Positions 35,130-45,199 of a stretch of DNA of 64,000 nt are shown here, piece after piece. Each line of letters begins with the position of its first letter. Within the stretch, counting starts at the first letter, position 1. Made by a program: the position numbers and the translations under genes. The DNA comes from Minisyncoccia bacterium (GTDB lineage Bacteria; Patescibacteriota; Minisyncoccia; Phycocordibacterales; PALSA-1337), in contig JBEKVT010000002.1 of the NCBI GenBank assembly GCA_049997795.1, positions 1,664 to 65,663 on the forward strand. The letters run 5' to 3'. The notes under the pieces were generated by a model. It searched no databases. It saw only the letters and a program-made list of their open reading frames with translations, and had not been told where the DNA came from.

Positions 35130-35624
35130 TCAATCTGGCAGGAATTCCTTGGGAAACCTGCGTTTGAGCCAGTCGAGGATCAGAAGGTCGGTGGAACCCG
35201 AGGGGATCAGACGCGTTGGACATGATGGGCACTGGTCTGCGATCTCCAGCACGATGAACTCCAGATGGTTGGCGGCCATCTCTGACGCCGTCATCGTCTG
35301 GTAGATGCACACGTACCCCCTGACATTCCGATTGGTCCTGACCGTCTCCGCCAAGGGGATTCCCCGGGCGTACAGGCTGACGAGGATGACCCGTTGGCCG
35401 TAATTCTTCAGGAAGGCCGATGCATCCTTGCCGCCGACCTCGTAACATTCGAACCCGACGGAGCTCAAGGTCAGCATGACCCTGCGGAACGAATGGACGC
35501 CGTTCTCCGATTCGTCAACAAAGACGAGCGGATATGCGAAGCCATGCTTTGCAGGGACGGAGCGCTTGACGCTTCTCCCGCCGATCTCGACCGTCTCAAA
35601 GACTGCTGTGGTCAATGTATTCAT
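35130..35624 (-). CDS. Hypothetical protein (possible degenerate receiver-like fold)
   Basis: ORF preceded by a perfect TTGACA-N17-TATAAT; LVFVDES..GFEC..VILVSL pattern is only suggestive; start uncertain. Confidence 0.5.
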   Translation of the reverse strand: MNTLTTAVFETVEIGGRSVKRSVPAKHGFAYPLVFVDESENGVHSFRRVMLTLSSVGFECYEVGGKDASAFLKNYGQRVILVSLYARGIPLAETVRTNRNVRGYVCIYQTMTASEMAANHLEFIVLEIADQCPSCPTRLIPSGSTDLLILDWLKRRFPKEFLPD

Positions 35625-35719
35625 TAGTGGATATGAAATTGTCAAACTGCCATTTCACTGCCTGCATCCGGATCTCGTACGGCCGTCTGAAGACGGACAC
35701 CCCGGATGGTTCGGCCATA

Positions 35720-35748
35720 ATTATAGTACTTTTGACAAGTTTTGTCAA
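35720..35748 (-). promoter_or_regulatory. Consensus sigma70 promoter with overlapping palindrome
   Basis: TTGACA-N17-TATAAT; TTTGACAA-GTT-TTGTCAAA at 35731-35749. Confidence 0.7.
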
Positions 35749-36653
35749 ATCCTGGTGTAGTGCAGGAGATCGGCTGTCAGGGCGCTTATTTCCGCCAGAT
35801 TCACAGGCTGTTCAAACCATCGTATCCTTGCGTCGCGCTTGAACCAGGTCTTCTGTCGACGCGCGTACTGCCAGATCCTCGTCAAAAGGAGCTCGATCAT
35901 CGGTTCTCTGGCGATCTTACCTTCCAGATATTGCGCCAGATAGCGGTATTCGAGGCCGAGCTCATCCATGCGTTCATATGAGAGGCCGTTCTCGTGCAAC
36001 TGTTCCACCTCTTTGATCATGCCGGCATCCAAGCGTTTAGTCAGGCGGTCACGGATGCGATCCCTTAACACATGGTCGGGGATGGCGACACCGATTATGA
36101 TGGCGTCATATTTCGGCTCCGCAGGCTGGGCGATCGGCGGCACGGCGCCCAATTCGCGGGCGATAAGGATGGCGCGGGCCATGCGACGCTTGTTCTTGAG
36201 ATCGATGGTGGCGGCGCGATTCGGGTCAAGTTTTTTCAATTCTTCGAATAGTTCCTCGGCAGTCTTCGATTCAAGGGCTTTCTGTTCCTCCGTATCAGCC
36301 TTGACATCCGGAAATCCAAGATCGTCTATCAGAGCGGAGATATAAAAACCAGTGCCGCCGCATATTATCGGTAATTTACCGCGAGACACGATATCGGCGA
36401 CAGCTGTTTCGGCGGCTTTCTTCCAATCCATGGCCGTGAAGCGCTCTTTCGGATCGGCGATGTCGAGGCACCAGTGCCGCACGCTCTTCATCTCGGCGGC
36501 AGTGATCTTACCAGTGCCGATGTCGAGGCCTTTGTAGACCTGTCTCGAGTCGGCGGATATGACCTCGCCGTTCAACTTCAATGCCAATTCTACGGCTAGA
36601 TCGCTCTTGCCGGACGCGGTAGGGCCTAGTATGACCAGGACTTTCGGTTTCAT
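35745..36653 (-). CDS. miaA: tRNA dimethylallyltransferase
   Basis: GPTASGKS, ISADSRQVYKGLDIGTGK, GGTGFY and YARRQKTWF. Confidence 0.97.
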   Translation of the reverse strand: MKPKVLVILGPTASGKSDLAVELALKLNGEVISADSRQVYKGLDIGTGKITAAEMKSVRHWCLDIADPKERFTAMDWKKAAETAVADIVSRGKLPIICGGTGFYISALIDDLGFPDVKADTEEQKALESKTAEELFEELKKLDPNRAATIDLKNKRRMARAILIARELGAVPPIAQPAEPKYDAIIIGVAIPDHVLRDRIRDRLTKRLDAGMIKEVEQLHENGLSYERMDELGLEYRYLAQYLEGKIAREPMIELLLTRIWQYARRQKTWFKRDARIRWFEQPVNLAEISALTADLLHYTRI

Positions 36654-36655
36654 TG

Positions 36656-36737
36656 TGCCGGGAGGGAGAATCGAACTCCCATGGATTACTCCGCACGATT
36701 TTGAGTCGTGTGCGTCTACCAATTCCGCCATCCCGGC
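36656..36737 (-). tRNA. tRNA-Leu (CAA)
   Basis: GCCGGGA acceptor, CACGA-CTCAAAA-TCGTG anticodon arm, variable arm, AGTTCGATTCT. Confidence 0.96.
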
Positions 36738-36796
36738 GCGGTGCCCAAAGTGTACATCGCTTTTTCGGTAAATCAAAGAGGTGATACAATATCTCC

Positions 36797-37765
36797 ATGT
36801 CCTCGCCTTACGTCGACAACGCCGTCTTCCTGATAGAAGTCGGGAAGATCAGCTCGAACCCGTATCAGCCGCGGCGCGACTTCGACGAAGCTAAGATGAA
36901 GGACCTCTCGGAATCCATCCGCATGTACGGCATCCTCCAGCCATTGATCGTCACCAGGAAGGAAGTCTTCCGCGACGACGGCGGCATGAGCGTCGAATAT
37001 GAGCTCATCTCCGGCGAACGGCGCCTGCGGGCCGCCCGGCTTGCCGGCCTATCCCAAGTGCCGGTCCTCATCCGGAGCGGCGAAGAAAGCGCCCAATTGA
37101 AGCTCGAGATGGCCATCATCGAGAACCTCCAGCGCGAGGACCTGAATCCCGTCGACCGGGCCAGGTCGTTCGAACGGCTGACCAAGGAGTTCAAGCTGAA
37201 GCAGTCCGAGATCGCCGACAAGGTCGGCAAGAGCCGGGAATACGTCTCGAACTCCATGCGCATCCTGTCCTTGCCGGACGAGATGATAAACGCCCTTTCG
37301 GACGGCAAGATATCCGAAGGACATACCAGGCCCTTGCTCATGCTCGTCGACCGGCCGGAAGAGCAGGCCGTCCTCTTCAAGGAGATCATGACGAAGAAGC
37401 TGACGGTGCGCGAGGCCGAATCGCTCTCGAGACGGGTGGCAACTGAAAGGATCAGGAATAAGACCAAATACCTTGACCCGGCCATCATAGAGATGGAGAA
37501 GACTTTCACGGAATCGCTCGGCACCAGAGTGAGGATCGAAAAGAACAAGGATGGCGGCACGGTCGTCATCGATTTCTTCTCGCCGGACGACTTGCGCCAG
37601 ATATTCGAGAGATTGAACACCGGAGCCGCCGAGAAGCCGGCTACGATCGGAGATCCGAAACCATCATCGCCTAACACGTCTCCCATCGACGACCGCGCGC
37701 CGGCGGAAGCGGCGAAGGAAGAGAATGACGAAGGCTTGTATTCGCTGAAAGACTTCTCGATCTAA
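36797..37765 (+). CDS. parB: ParB/Spo0J partition protein
   Basis: NPYQPRRDF, GILQPLIV, GERRLRA, ENLQREDL and an HTH. Confidence 0.95.
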   Translation: MSSPYVDNAVFLIEVGKISSNPYQPRRDFDEAKMKDLSESIRMYGILQPLIVTRKEVFRDDGGMSVEYELISGERRLRAARLAGLSQVPVLIRSGEESAQLKLEMAIIENLQREDLNPVDRARSFERLTKEFKLKQSEIADKVGKSREYVSNSMRILSLPDEMINALSDGKISEGHTRPLLMLVDRPEEQAVLFKEIMTKKLTVREAESLSRRVATERIRNKTKYLDPAIIEMEKTFTESLGTRVRIEKNKDGGTVVIDFFSPDDLRQIFERLNTGAAEKPATIGDPKPSSPNTSPIDDRAPAEAAKEENDEGLYSLKDFSI

Positions 37766-39987
37766 GCGGCCTTTTTCTTTGATCTGAATCCGCGTTTGGC
37801 TTTCGGCTGGGCCAGGAGCTCCAATGCCCGTTCCAAGGTGATGGCGTAGACGTCGTCCGGCGCTTTCAGAGAACGGAAGTCGCTGTCGCGGACTATATAT
37901 GGGCCGAAACGGCCGACGGAAGCGGTGACGACGAGGCCTGTCGCGGGATCGGTGCCTAGAGCTCGCGGAAGGCTCAAGTATTTGAGAGCGTCGGCCACGG
38001 TTATTTTCGCCGGATCCATCGCCTTGGGAATGGAAGCCATCCGAGGTTTTGCCGGCTTCGGTTCGCCCTTCTCGGGCTTTTCCGGCTTCATGCCGAGCTG
38101 GACATATGGCCCGAAGCGGCCGGTCAAGACGAAGATCGGCAGGCCAGTCGTCGGATCGGTCCCAATCGGCTCATCTTTCTTGAATTCATGGCCATCCATG
38201 GTCAAGGCGCCGTCGCAATCAGGATAGCGAGAGCAGGACAGGAATTTGCCGTTCCGGCCGAGCTTGACGTCCATCTTGCTGCCGCATTTCGGGCACTTGA
38301 ATCTCGAGTCGGCCGCGCCTAGGTTCGTGGCCTTGGCCAAAGTCTCTTTCGATTTCACGTCTTTGGCGAATGGCTTGTAGAAGTCGGATAAGGTCTTCAG
38401 GTAAGTACGATCGCCGTTCGCGATCTCGTCGAGCTCGTCCTCCATCTCGGCGGTGAACGAATCGCTGATGTAGGTCGGGAAATATTCCTCGAGGAAAGAC
38501 GAGACGACGTCGCCGGTGTCCGTCGGCCGGAGCGAGCGGTTCTCCTTCTCGACGTAGCCGCGGTCCTCGATGGTCTTCACTATGGAAGCATAGGTCGAGG
38601 GCCGGCCGATGCCGCGCTTCTCGAGCTCCTTGATGAGGCCGGCTTCGGTATAGCGCTGAGGCGGCTCGGTCTGTTTCTCCGTCGGCTCCATGGACAGGAG
38701 CTCCAGCTTCTCGCCCTTCCCGCATTTCGGCAGGGTCACTTCATCGCCGTTCGATTCCGGATCGGCCTTGAGCCAGCCGTCGAAGACGACGCGGGCGCCG
38801 TTGGCCTCGAAATCCGGTATCTTGGGCGTGACGGGCGCGATCACGTTCGCCGTGATCTTCGTCCGGCCTATGCGCGCGTCAGCCATCTGGGAAGCCACGG
38901 CTCTCTGCCATATCAGGCGATAAAGCCTCTTCTGCTCGTCGTTATGGCCGGCGTTCATCTTGTCGAAATGCGAGGGGCGGATGGCCTCGTGGGCTTCCTG
39001 GGCGTTCTTCGACTTCCCGGCGTACGTCCGGAACTGCAGATACTCCTTGCCGAACTCCTTTTCGACGGTCCCGGCGATCGCCCCGAGGGCCTGCTTGCCG
39101 AGGTTGGTCGAATCGGTGCGCATGTAGGTGATGTAGCCGGCTTCGTAGAGCTTCTGGGCGATACCCATGGTCCGGGCCGGCGTGAAGCCGTAGCGGGTGC
39201 TCGCCGCTTGCTGGAGGGTGGAGGTGATGAAGGGCGGCCGGGGCGAACGCTTGACTTCGGACTCTTCGACGCCGACCACGCGCCAGTTCTCTCTTTTGGC
39301 GGCCTCCAGTATCGAATCCACTTCCTTCTTGTCGCGCGGCTCTTTCGAAGAGACGAGGACGAGCGTCTCGCCCTTGGCGGTCTTCCATTTGCCGGAGATC
39401 GTCCAGTATGTCTCCGGCTTGAAGGCCCTTATCTCGCGTTCGCGCTCCATGATTATCCGGAGAGCCGGCGATTGGACGCGGCCGGCGGAGAGACCGTAGC
39501 GGACCTTCTTCCAGATGAGCCCGGACAAGTCGTAGCCCACGATGCGGTCGAGGACGCGCCGCGCTTCCTGGGCTTCGCGCAAATGCTGGTCGATCGGCCG
39601 CGGATGCTCCAGGGCCTCGTCCACGGCTTCCTTGGTTATCTCATGGAAAGCGATGCGCTCTATCTTCTTGTCTATGCCGGCGCCGAGGCGATCCTTCAGG
39701 ACTTCGGCGATGTGCCAGGCGATGGCTTCGCCTTCGCGGTCCGGGTCGGTGGCCAAGATGACCTCGTCCGCCTTGCCGGCCGCGCGCACGATATCGCTTA
39801 TGACGGCCTCTTTCTTCGGCACGATCTCGTAATGGGGGACGAAGCCGCCTTCGATGTCTACCGCCTTCTTGTTCGATTTCGGCAGGTCCCGGACGTGGCC
39901 GATCGAAGCGCGCACGACGAAACCGTCTCCGAGATACTTGGAGATGGTCTTCGATTTCGACGGAGATTCAACGATCACCAATTTCAT
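37762..39987 (-). CDS. topA: DNA topoisomerase I
   Basis: VIVESPSK, ATDPDREGEAI, GRVQS, ITYMRTDS, one zinc ribbon and GRFGPY C-terminal repeats. Confidence 0.97.
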   Translation of the reverse strand: MKLVIVESPSKSKTISKYLGDGFVVRASIGHVRDLPKSNKKAVDIEGGFVPHYEIVPKKEAVISDIVRAAGKADEVILATDPDREGEAIAWHIAEVLKDRLGAGIDKKIERIAFHEITKEAVDEALEHPRPIDQHLREAQEARRVLDRIVGYDLSGLIWKKVRYGLSAGRVQSPALRIIMEREREIRAFKPETYWTISGKWKTAKGETLVLVSSKEPRDKKEVDSILEAAKRENWRVVGVEESEVKRSPRPPFITSTLQQAASTRYGFTPARTMGIAQKLYEAGYITYMRTDSTNLGKQALGAIAGTVEKEFGKEYLQFRTYAGKSKNAQEAHEAIRPSHFDKMNAGHNDEQKRLYRLIWQRAVASQMADARIGRTKITANVIAPVTPKIPDFEANGARVVFDGWLKADPESNGDEVTLPKCGKGEKLELLSMEPTEKQTEPPQRYTEAGLIKELEKRGIGRPSTYASIVKTIEDRGYVEKENRSLRPTDTGDVVSSFLEEYFPTYISDSFTAEMEDELDEIANGDRTYLKTLSDFYKPFAKDVKSKETLAKATNLGAADSRFKCPKCGSKMDVKLGRNGKFLSCSRYPDCDGALTMDGHEFKKDEPIGTDPTTGLPIFVLTGRFGPYVQLGMKPEKPEKGEPKPAKPRMASIPKAMDPAKITVADALKYLSLPRALGTDPATGLVVTASVGRFGPYIVRDSDFRSLKAPDDVYAITLERALELLAQPKAKRGFRSKKKAA

Positions 39988-40007
39988 TGCCGGTAAGTAT
40001 TACACTA

Positions 40008-40886
40008 TTACGGAGAAAGCCGCAACAAGGCGCAGTCTGCCTCGATCAATCCTTCGAGCTCGAGGGACGACAATCTGGCGCTCGCTTCCTGCGGTTCTAC
40101 GCCGAGGGTTTCGATGAGGGCGTCGGATGAGATCTCGCCGCGGCGAAGGACGTCTATGATCCGCCTAGAGAGCGGATCCAAGGCCTCCAAGCGGCGCTTT
40201 GCGATTGTCTCATGCGCGGGTGGGACGAAGCCGAGCGCCTCCAAAAGGTCGTCCGACGAGGCGACCAGTCCCGCCCCGCGGTGAAGGAGCATGTGCGCGC
40301 CGTACGAGTGATCGGCGAATATCGAACCCGGCACGGCCAGGACGTCGCGATCGAAATCCTCGGCATATCTGGCGGTCATGAGCGAGCCTGAGCCGTGGCC
40401 GGCTTCGACGATCAAGGTGGCGTGAGATATGCCGGCCATCAGGCGATTACGGGTAGGGAACATGAACTCAGCGGTCCGGCATTCAGGAGCGTATTCGGAA
40501 AGGAGCGCTCCGCCGGCCTCTATGATCTTCCGCGCAAGCGGCTCGTTCGAATATGGATACACGACATCCCAATCAAGGCCTGATCCGGGGAACGCGACGC
40601 AATGTAAACCAGCTTCTAGAGCTGCTTCATGGGCCATGCCGTCTATGCCGATCGCCAATCCCGAAACGATCGAGATAGGATAGCCCTTGAGGCCCAAGAC
40701 GAGCTTGGCCACGGCTTCTTCGCCGTACCGGCTCGGATGGCGGGAACCAACCACGCATAAAAATTTCAGGCCATCTGGATCTGGCCATTTACCCCGCATC
40801 CAGAGCTTCTTCGGCGGCCTGTGCATGTTCTGCATTGTTATAGGATAAGAATCCGGAAAGATCACTCTGATTTGATTATTTTCCAT
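40008..40886 (-). CDS. dprA: DNA processing protein DprA
   Basis: VVGSR, IVSGLAIGID..AH, FPTRNRLMAG, SGSLMTA and a winged-helix C-terminus. Confidence 0.95.
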   Translation of the reverse strand: MENNQIRVIFPDSYPITMQNMHRPPKKLWMRGKWPDPDGLKFLCVVGSRHPSRYGEEAVAKLVLGLKGYPISIVSGLAIGIDGMAHEAALEAGLHCVAFPGSGLDWDVVYPYSNEPLARKIIEAGGALLSEYAPECRTAEFMFPTRNRLMAGISHATLIVEAGHGSGSLMTARYAEDFDRDVLAVPGSIFADHSYGAHMLLHRGAGLVASSDDLLEALGFVPPAHETIAKRRLEALDPLSRRIIDVLRRGEISSDALIETLGVEPQEASARLSSLELEGLIEADCALLRLSP

Positions 40887-41014
40887 GGTTGTTCGACGAT
40901 TAAGCTTCATAAACTAGATGCGGCGTAATAAAAAAGGCGCCTCGCGGGCCTCGTGACGCGGCCATTATAACACTTTTTTCTTATGTCAAAGATTGCTATG
41001 ATGTAAGGGCTTCC

Positions 41015-42280
41015 ATGCTCGACATAAGATTCATCCGCGAGAACAGGGATATCGTCGCCGCGGCGGCCAAGAAGAAGCGCCTGCCATTCAAGGTGGACGA
41101 GCTCATCGCCGTGGACGACAAAAGGAAGAGCCTGCTCATGGGCGTCGAGAAGAAGCGGGCCGAACAAAATGCCGCTAACAATAAGATAGCGAGCGCTATC
41201 GCCGCGTCAGACCGGGCCGAGCTCATTGCCAGGATGAAGGTCGTCAAGGCCGATCTCGAGAAAGCCGAAGCCGAATTGAAGGACGTCATGAAGGCCTGGC
41301 AGGACCTGATGCTCCAAGTGCCGAACATCCCCGACATGGCCGTCCCAGACGGCGCTTCCGAGGCTGATAACAAGGAAGTCAAGGTCTGGGGGACCAAGCC
41401 GAAGTTCGCCTTCGAGCCCAAAGACCACGTCGAGCTCATGACTTCGCTCGGCATGGCTGATCTAGAGCGCGGCGCCAAGGTCCACGGCTTCCGCGGATAT
41501 TTCCTGACAGGCGACGGGGCCCGCCTTTCCTTTGCCATCTGGAATTTCGCCCTGGATTTCTTCTCAAGCAAGGGCTTCACGCCGGTTCTGCCGCCCGCAG
41601 TCGTCCGCAAACTGAATCTATACGGCACCGGCTATCTGCCGGGCGGCGAAGAGGACTTGTACAAGACCCAGGATGGCGATTATCTCGCCGGCACGGCTGA
41701 AGTGCCGCTCATGGGCTTCCATGGAGGCGAAGTCCTGGCTCTCGAAGACCTGCCGAAGCGGTATCTCGGCTTCTCGCCGTGTTATCGCCGGGAAGCGGGC
41801 GCCCATGGCAAGGATATGCGGGGCCTGGTCCGGGTCAACGAATTCTTCAAATTCGAACAGCTCATCCTCTGCGAGGCCGACCATCAGGTCTCCGTCAAGT
41901 TCCACGAGGAATTGAACCGCAACACCGAAGAGTTCATCGAAGCTCTCGGCATCCCGTACCACACTATAATCAATTGCGGAGCGGATCTCGGTTTGGGCCA
42001 GGTCAAGAAATACGACATCGAGCTCTGGGTGCCGAAAGAGAATAGATATCGGGAGATCGGCTCGGCATCTTATTTCCATGATTTCCAGTGCCGACGCCTC
42101 GACATCCGCTACAAGGACGCGGAAGGCAAGCTCAAGTATTGCCATTCGCTGAACGCCACGGCCATCCCCACGCCGCGCATCCTGGTCTCGCTCGTCGAGA
42201 ATCTCCAGCAGGCGGACGGCACGATCAGATTGCCTGAAACTCTGATCAAGTATTTCGGCAAAGGCACTATCGGGAAATGA
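41015..42280 (+). CDS. serS: Seryl-tRNA synthetase
   Basis: MLDIRFIREN, GTAEVPL, CYRREAG, RVNEF.K.E and HSLNATA..TPR. Confidence 0.97.
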   Translation: MLDIRFIRENRDIVAAAAKKKRLPFKVDELIAVDDKRKSLLMGVEKKRAEQNAANNKIASAIAASDRAELIARMKVVKADLEKAEAELKDVMKAWQDLMLQVPNIPDMAVPDGASEADNKEVKVWGTKPKFAFEPKDHVELMTSLGMADLERGAKVHGFRGYFLTGDGARLSFAIWNFALDFFSSKGFTPVLPPAVVRKLNLYGTGYLPGGEEDLYKTQDGDYLAGTAEVPLMGFHGGEVLALEDLPKRYLGFSPCYRREAGAHGKDMRGLVRVNEFFKFEQLILCEADHQVSVKFHEELNRNTEEFIEALGIPYHTIINCGADLGLGQVKKYDIELWVPKENRYREIGSASYFHDFQCRRLDIRYKDAEGKLKYCHSLNATAIPTPRILVSLVENLQQADGTIRLPETLIKYFGKGTIGK

Positions 42281-43189
42281 ATGCCAGGACAGCGCTCAAA
42301 ACTCCGCTCGCACCAATCGAGGCCGTTCAATGAGCGCCGGCGACGGCGCGTCGTCCTCGGCTACGCGGCCGCCATCACGGCCGCCGTCTCGTTTCTGTTC
42401 GTCTCCTCCCGCTTGAGTTTCCTGCCGGCTCTTTCCATCGAGACCGTGGAAGTGTACGGCGCTGACGCCAGCATCACTCCGGCCATGGAAACGGCCGCTT
42501 ACGGCGCCATCCAAGGCTCGTATCTCGGCCTTTTCTCCAAGTCGAACGCTCTCATATATCCGGGTTCGGCCGTGGCCGCGGCCGTGGCTTCGTTGTCGCC
42601 GAAAGTCGAGACGGTCAGCGTCGAGCTCTCCGGCATGCGCTCGCTCGCCGTGTCGGTCTCGGAAAAGGCGCCGGCGGCCGTCGTTTGCGCCGACCTGCCG
42701 AATTGGGACGAGAACGGCGCGCTTCTGCCGGAGAGCGGCTGCTATTTCGCCGACGAGGACGGCCTGATCTTCGACCAAGCGCCGGAAGACGCGGGAGATC
42801 TTTATAATCGCTATTACGTCCCGGGCCTCTCCGGCAGCGATCGCGTGATAGGCCTTTTCGCCACTTCGACGGCCGAATTCAAGAGCCTCCAGGGATTCAT
42901 GGACAGCGTCAAGGCCGCCGGCATCAGAACGGAAGCGATGCTCATGGAGGACGGCGGCGAGTACGAGCTTTACGCACATAATCCGCCGGCCGTCTCGACC
43001 ACGTCTTCCGAAGGGAGCGTCGTCGTCATCCATTTCAACGACGCGGCGGGCCTCAGGACGGAGCGCGACAACCTCGTGTTGTTCTGGAGCTCGATGACCG
43101 ATAAGGCCAAGGCCGCCGGCGCCGCGCCGGAATGGAGCGACATCAAGCTTCAATATCCGCCGAATATCGACTACACTGAAACGAAATGA
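42281..43189 (+). CDS. FtsQ/DivIB-like membrane protein
   Basis: Basic N-terminus, one TM segment, POTRA-like I..VEVYG...V.V.E..P and CYFADEDG.IF. Confidence 0.6.
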   Translation: MPGQRSKLRSHQSRPFNERRRRRVVLGYAAAITAAVSFLFVSSRLSFLPALSIETVEVYGADASITPAMETAAYGAIQGSYLGLFSKSNALIYPGSAVAAAVASLSPKVETVSVELSGMRSLAVSVSEKAPAAVVCADLPNWDENGALLPESGCYFADEDGLIFDQAPEDAGDLYNRYYVPGLSGSDRVIGLFATSTAEFKSLQGFMDSVKAAGIRTEAMLMEDGGEYELYAHNPPAVSTTSSEGSVVVIHFNDAAGLRTERDNLVLFWSSMTDKAKAAGAAPEWSDIKLQYPPNIDYTETK

Positions 43190-44157
43190 GGGATTTCCTG
43201 TATATCGTCTTCGGCGGGCTAGTGGCCATCTTCTTCGGCGTAACCGTCGTCTGGGGCGCGATCCGCGCCGTCGTCTTCTTCTTGCCGCCTTCCTCGAGCC
43301 GCAATCCGTCCTCGGCTACCGATACGGCTCTTCCCCAGCCGGCCCAACTGGTTTCTTCGGACGAGACCGCCAGTTCGACTCCGATCATTCGATATACCGC
43401 TCTGGAGGAAGAAGACCTCATCAACGAGGCGGCGCAGGCCCTGCCGTCAGGCGCCGACAACAAGATATCGGCGAAGGCGTACCTCGTGAAAGACCTCGTG
43501 ACCGGCGCCATATCGGCCGAATACGCCGAGACCAGGCTCCTGCCCATCGCCTCGCTCACCAAGCTCGTCACGGCCGAGATTGCCCGCCGATTCATCCCGC
43601 CGGACATGAAGATCACGCTCACCAAGGAAGTCATGGCCACGTACGGCAATACCGCCGACTTCAAGGTAGGGGAGACCTTCACGGCTAGCGATCTCCTGTA
43701 TCCGCTCCTCATGGTCTCGTCGAATGACGCCGCCGAGGCTTACGCCAGAGCCTACGGCCGCGACCAATTCATCTCGGAGATGAACGCTTTCAGCCAGTCG
43801 ATCGGCGCTTATCGCACCTATTTTGCCGATCCGTCCGGCCTGTCGCCCTTGAATGAATCGACGGCCACCGACTTAGGCCTGATTATCGACTGGATCAGGA
43901 AGAACGATCCGGCGATCATAGACACGACCGCCCTCAAGATAAAGACCGTGCGCGACCACACCTGGGTCGATCCGACGCATTTCCTGTCGTGGTCTTACTA
44001 TCTCGGCGGCAAGGACGGCTACACCGACGAGGCCGACCGCACCGCCGTATCGCTCTTCGCCATGGGACCGCGCAAGGACGTCTATGCCGTGGTGGTCTTG
44101 GGAAGCGCGAGCCGGGACGCCGACATCGTCAAGCTCCTGAGGAAGATCAAGGATTAG
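43186..44157 (+). CDS. D-alanyl-D-alanine carboxypeptidase-like (peptidase S11)
   Basis: IASLTKL (SxxK), SSNDAA (SxN), DPSGL and GKDGYTDEA. Confidence 0.88.
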   Translation: MRDFLYIVFGGLVAIFFGVTVVWGAIRAVVFFLPPSSSRNPSSATDTALPQPAQLVSSDETASSTPIIRYTALEEEDLINEAAQALPSGADNKISAKAYLVKDLVTGAISAEYAETRLLPIASLTKLVTAEIARRFIPPDMKITLTKEVMATYGNTADFKVGETFTASDLLYPLLMVSSNDAAEAYARAYGRDQFISEMNAFSQSIGAYRTYFADPSGLSPLNESTATDLGLIIDWIRKNDPAIIDTTALKIKTVRDHTWVDPTHFLSWSYYLGGKDGYTDEADRTAVSLFAMGPRKDVYAVVVLGSASRDADIVKLLRKIKD

Positions 44158-44159
44158 AC

Positions 44160-45188
44160 ATGACAAGATCGGCCAAAAACCGCATGTCCGGATCCGCCGG
44201 CAGAAGAGCCGCCGGTTTCTGGAGCCGCCTGCCACGGCCCATCTTCGCCATGGCACCGATGGCCAACGTCACCGACTGCGCCATGAGGAAGCTCATCGCG
44301 AAGTACGGCAAACCGGATGTCATGTGGACAGAATTCGTCTCGGCGGACGGCCTCGTATCTGTAGGCGGCAAGAAGTTGCTTGTCGATCTCGAATACTCGC
44401 CGAAAGAAAGGCCGATCGTGGCCCAGCTCTTCACCGGCCATCCCGAAGCCATGAAAAAAGCCGCCGCCATCGCCCGCAAGCTCGGCTTCGACGGATTGGA
44501 CGTCAACATGGGCTGTCCGGACCGCGCCGTTGAAAGGCAGGGCGGGGGAGCAGCCATGATGAAGGACCAGAAGGCAGCTATTGAAGTGCTGGCGGCGGCG
44601 CGCGAAGGATTCAAGACCGGCCCGGTCTCGGTCAAAACCCGCCTGGGATATAAAGCCATCGACTTGGATTGGATCAAATTACTTTTAGAACAAAAGTTGG
44701 CGGCCTTGACTGTTCATTTAAGGACACGCAAGGAGATGTCGGATGTTCCGGCCCATTGGGAATCGATGCCGGCCATTATCAAGCTTCGAAATCAAATCAG
44801 TCCAGAGACTTTGATCATCGGCAATGGCGATGTCGAGAATGTAAAAGACGGCCTGGCCAAGATCGAGAGATACGGCTGTGACGGCGTGATGATCGGGCGC
44901 GGCATCTTCGGCAAGCCGTGGCTGTTCGAGAACGTGAGAAAGGGCCGCGACGCCAAAGAGAGGACTCCGGAAGAGCGGCTTAAGATAATGCTCGAGCACG
45001 CCAAGCTATTCGAGAGAGAGTTCTGCGGCAGGAGACGTTTGAAAAATTTCGCCATCATGCGTAAGCATTTCAAGGCCTACGTCTCAGGATGGGACGGCGC
45101 CAAAGAGCTTCGGGTCAAGCTGATGAAGGCCGAGAACGCCAAGGAAGTGCAAAAAGTGATTAAGGATTATCTTAAGGGTCCATGCTAA
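44160..45188 (+). CDS. dusB: tRNA-dihydrouridine synthase
   Basis: APMANVTD, TEFVS, DVNMGCP, SVKTRLG, GNGDV and GVMIGRG. Confidence 0.9.
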   Translation: MTRSAKNRMSGSAGRRAAGFWSRLPRPIFAMAPMANVTDCAMRKLIAKYGKPDVMWTEFVSADGLVSVGGKKLLVDLEYSPKERPIVAQLFTGHPEAMKKAAAIARKLGFDGLDVNMGCPDRAVERQGGGAAMMKDQKAAIEVLAAAREGFKTGPVSVKTRLGYKAIDLDWIKLLLEQKLAALTVHLRTRKEMSDVPAHWESMPAIIKLRNQISPETLIIGNGDVENVKDGLAKIERYGCDGVMIGRGIFGKPWLFENVRKGRDAKERTPEERLKIMLEHAKLFEREFCGRRRLKNFAIMRKHFKAYVSGWDGAKELRVKLMKAENAKEVQKVIKDYLKGPC

Positions 45189-45199
45189 AATAACCAATC

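Noticed and set aside
35745-36776. N-terminal extensions in the ORF track for miaA, rpmF (20909), dusB (43989), smc (23293) and rpe (55553)
   Set aside because: The extensions run through a tRNA, a neighbouring gene or a repeat element; downstream starts fit the family N-termini and the -10 positions.
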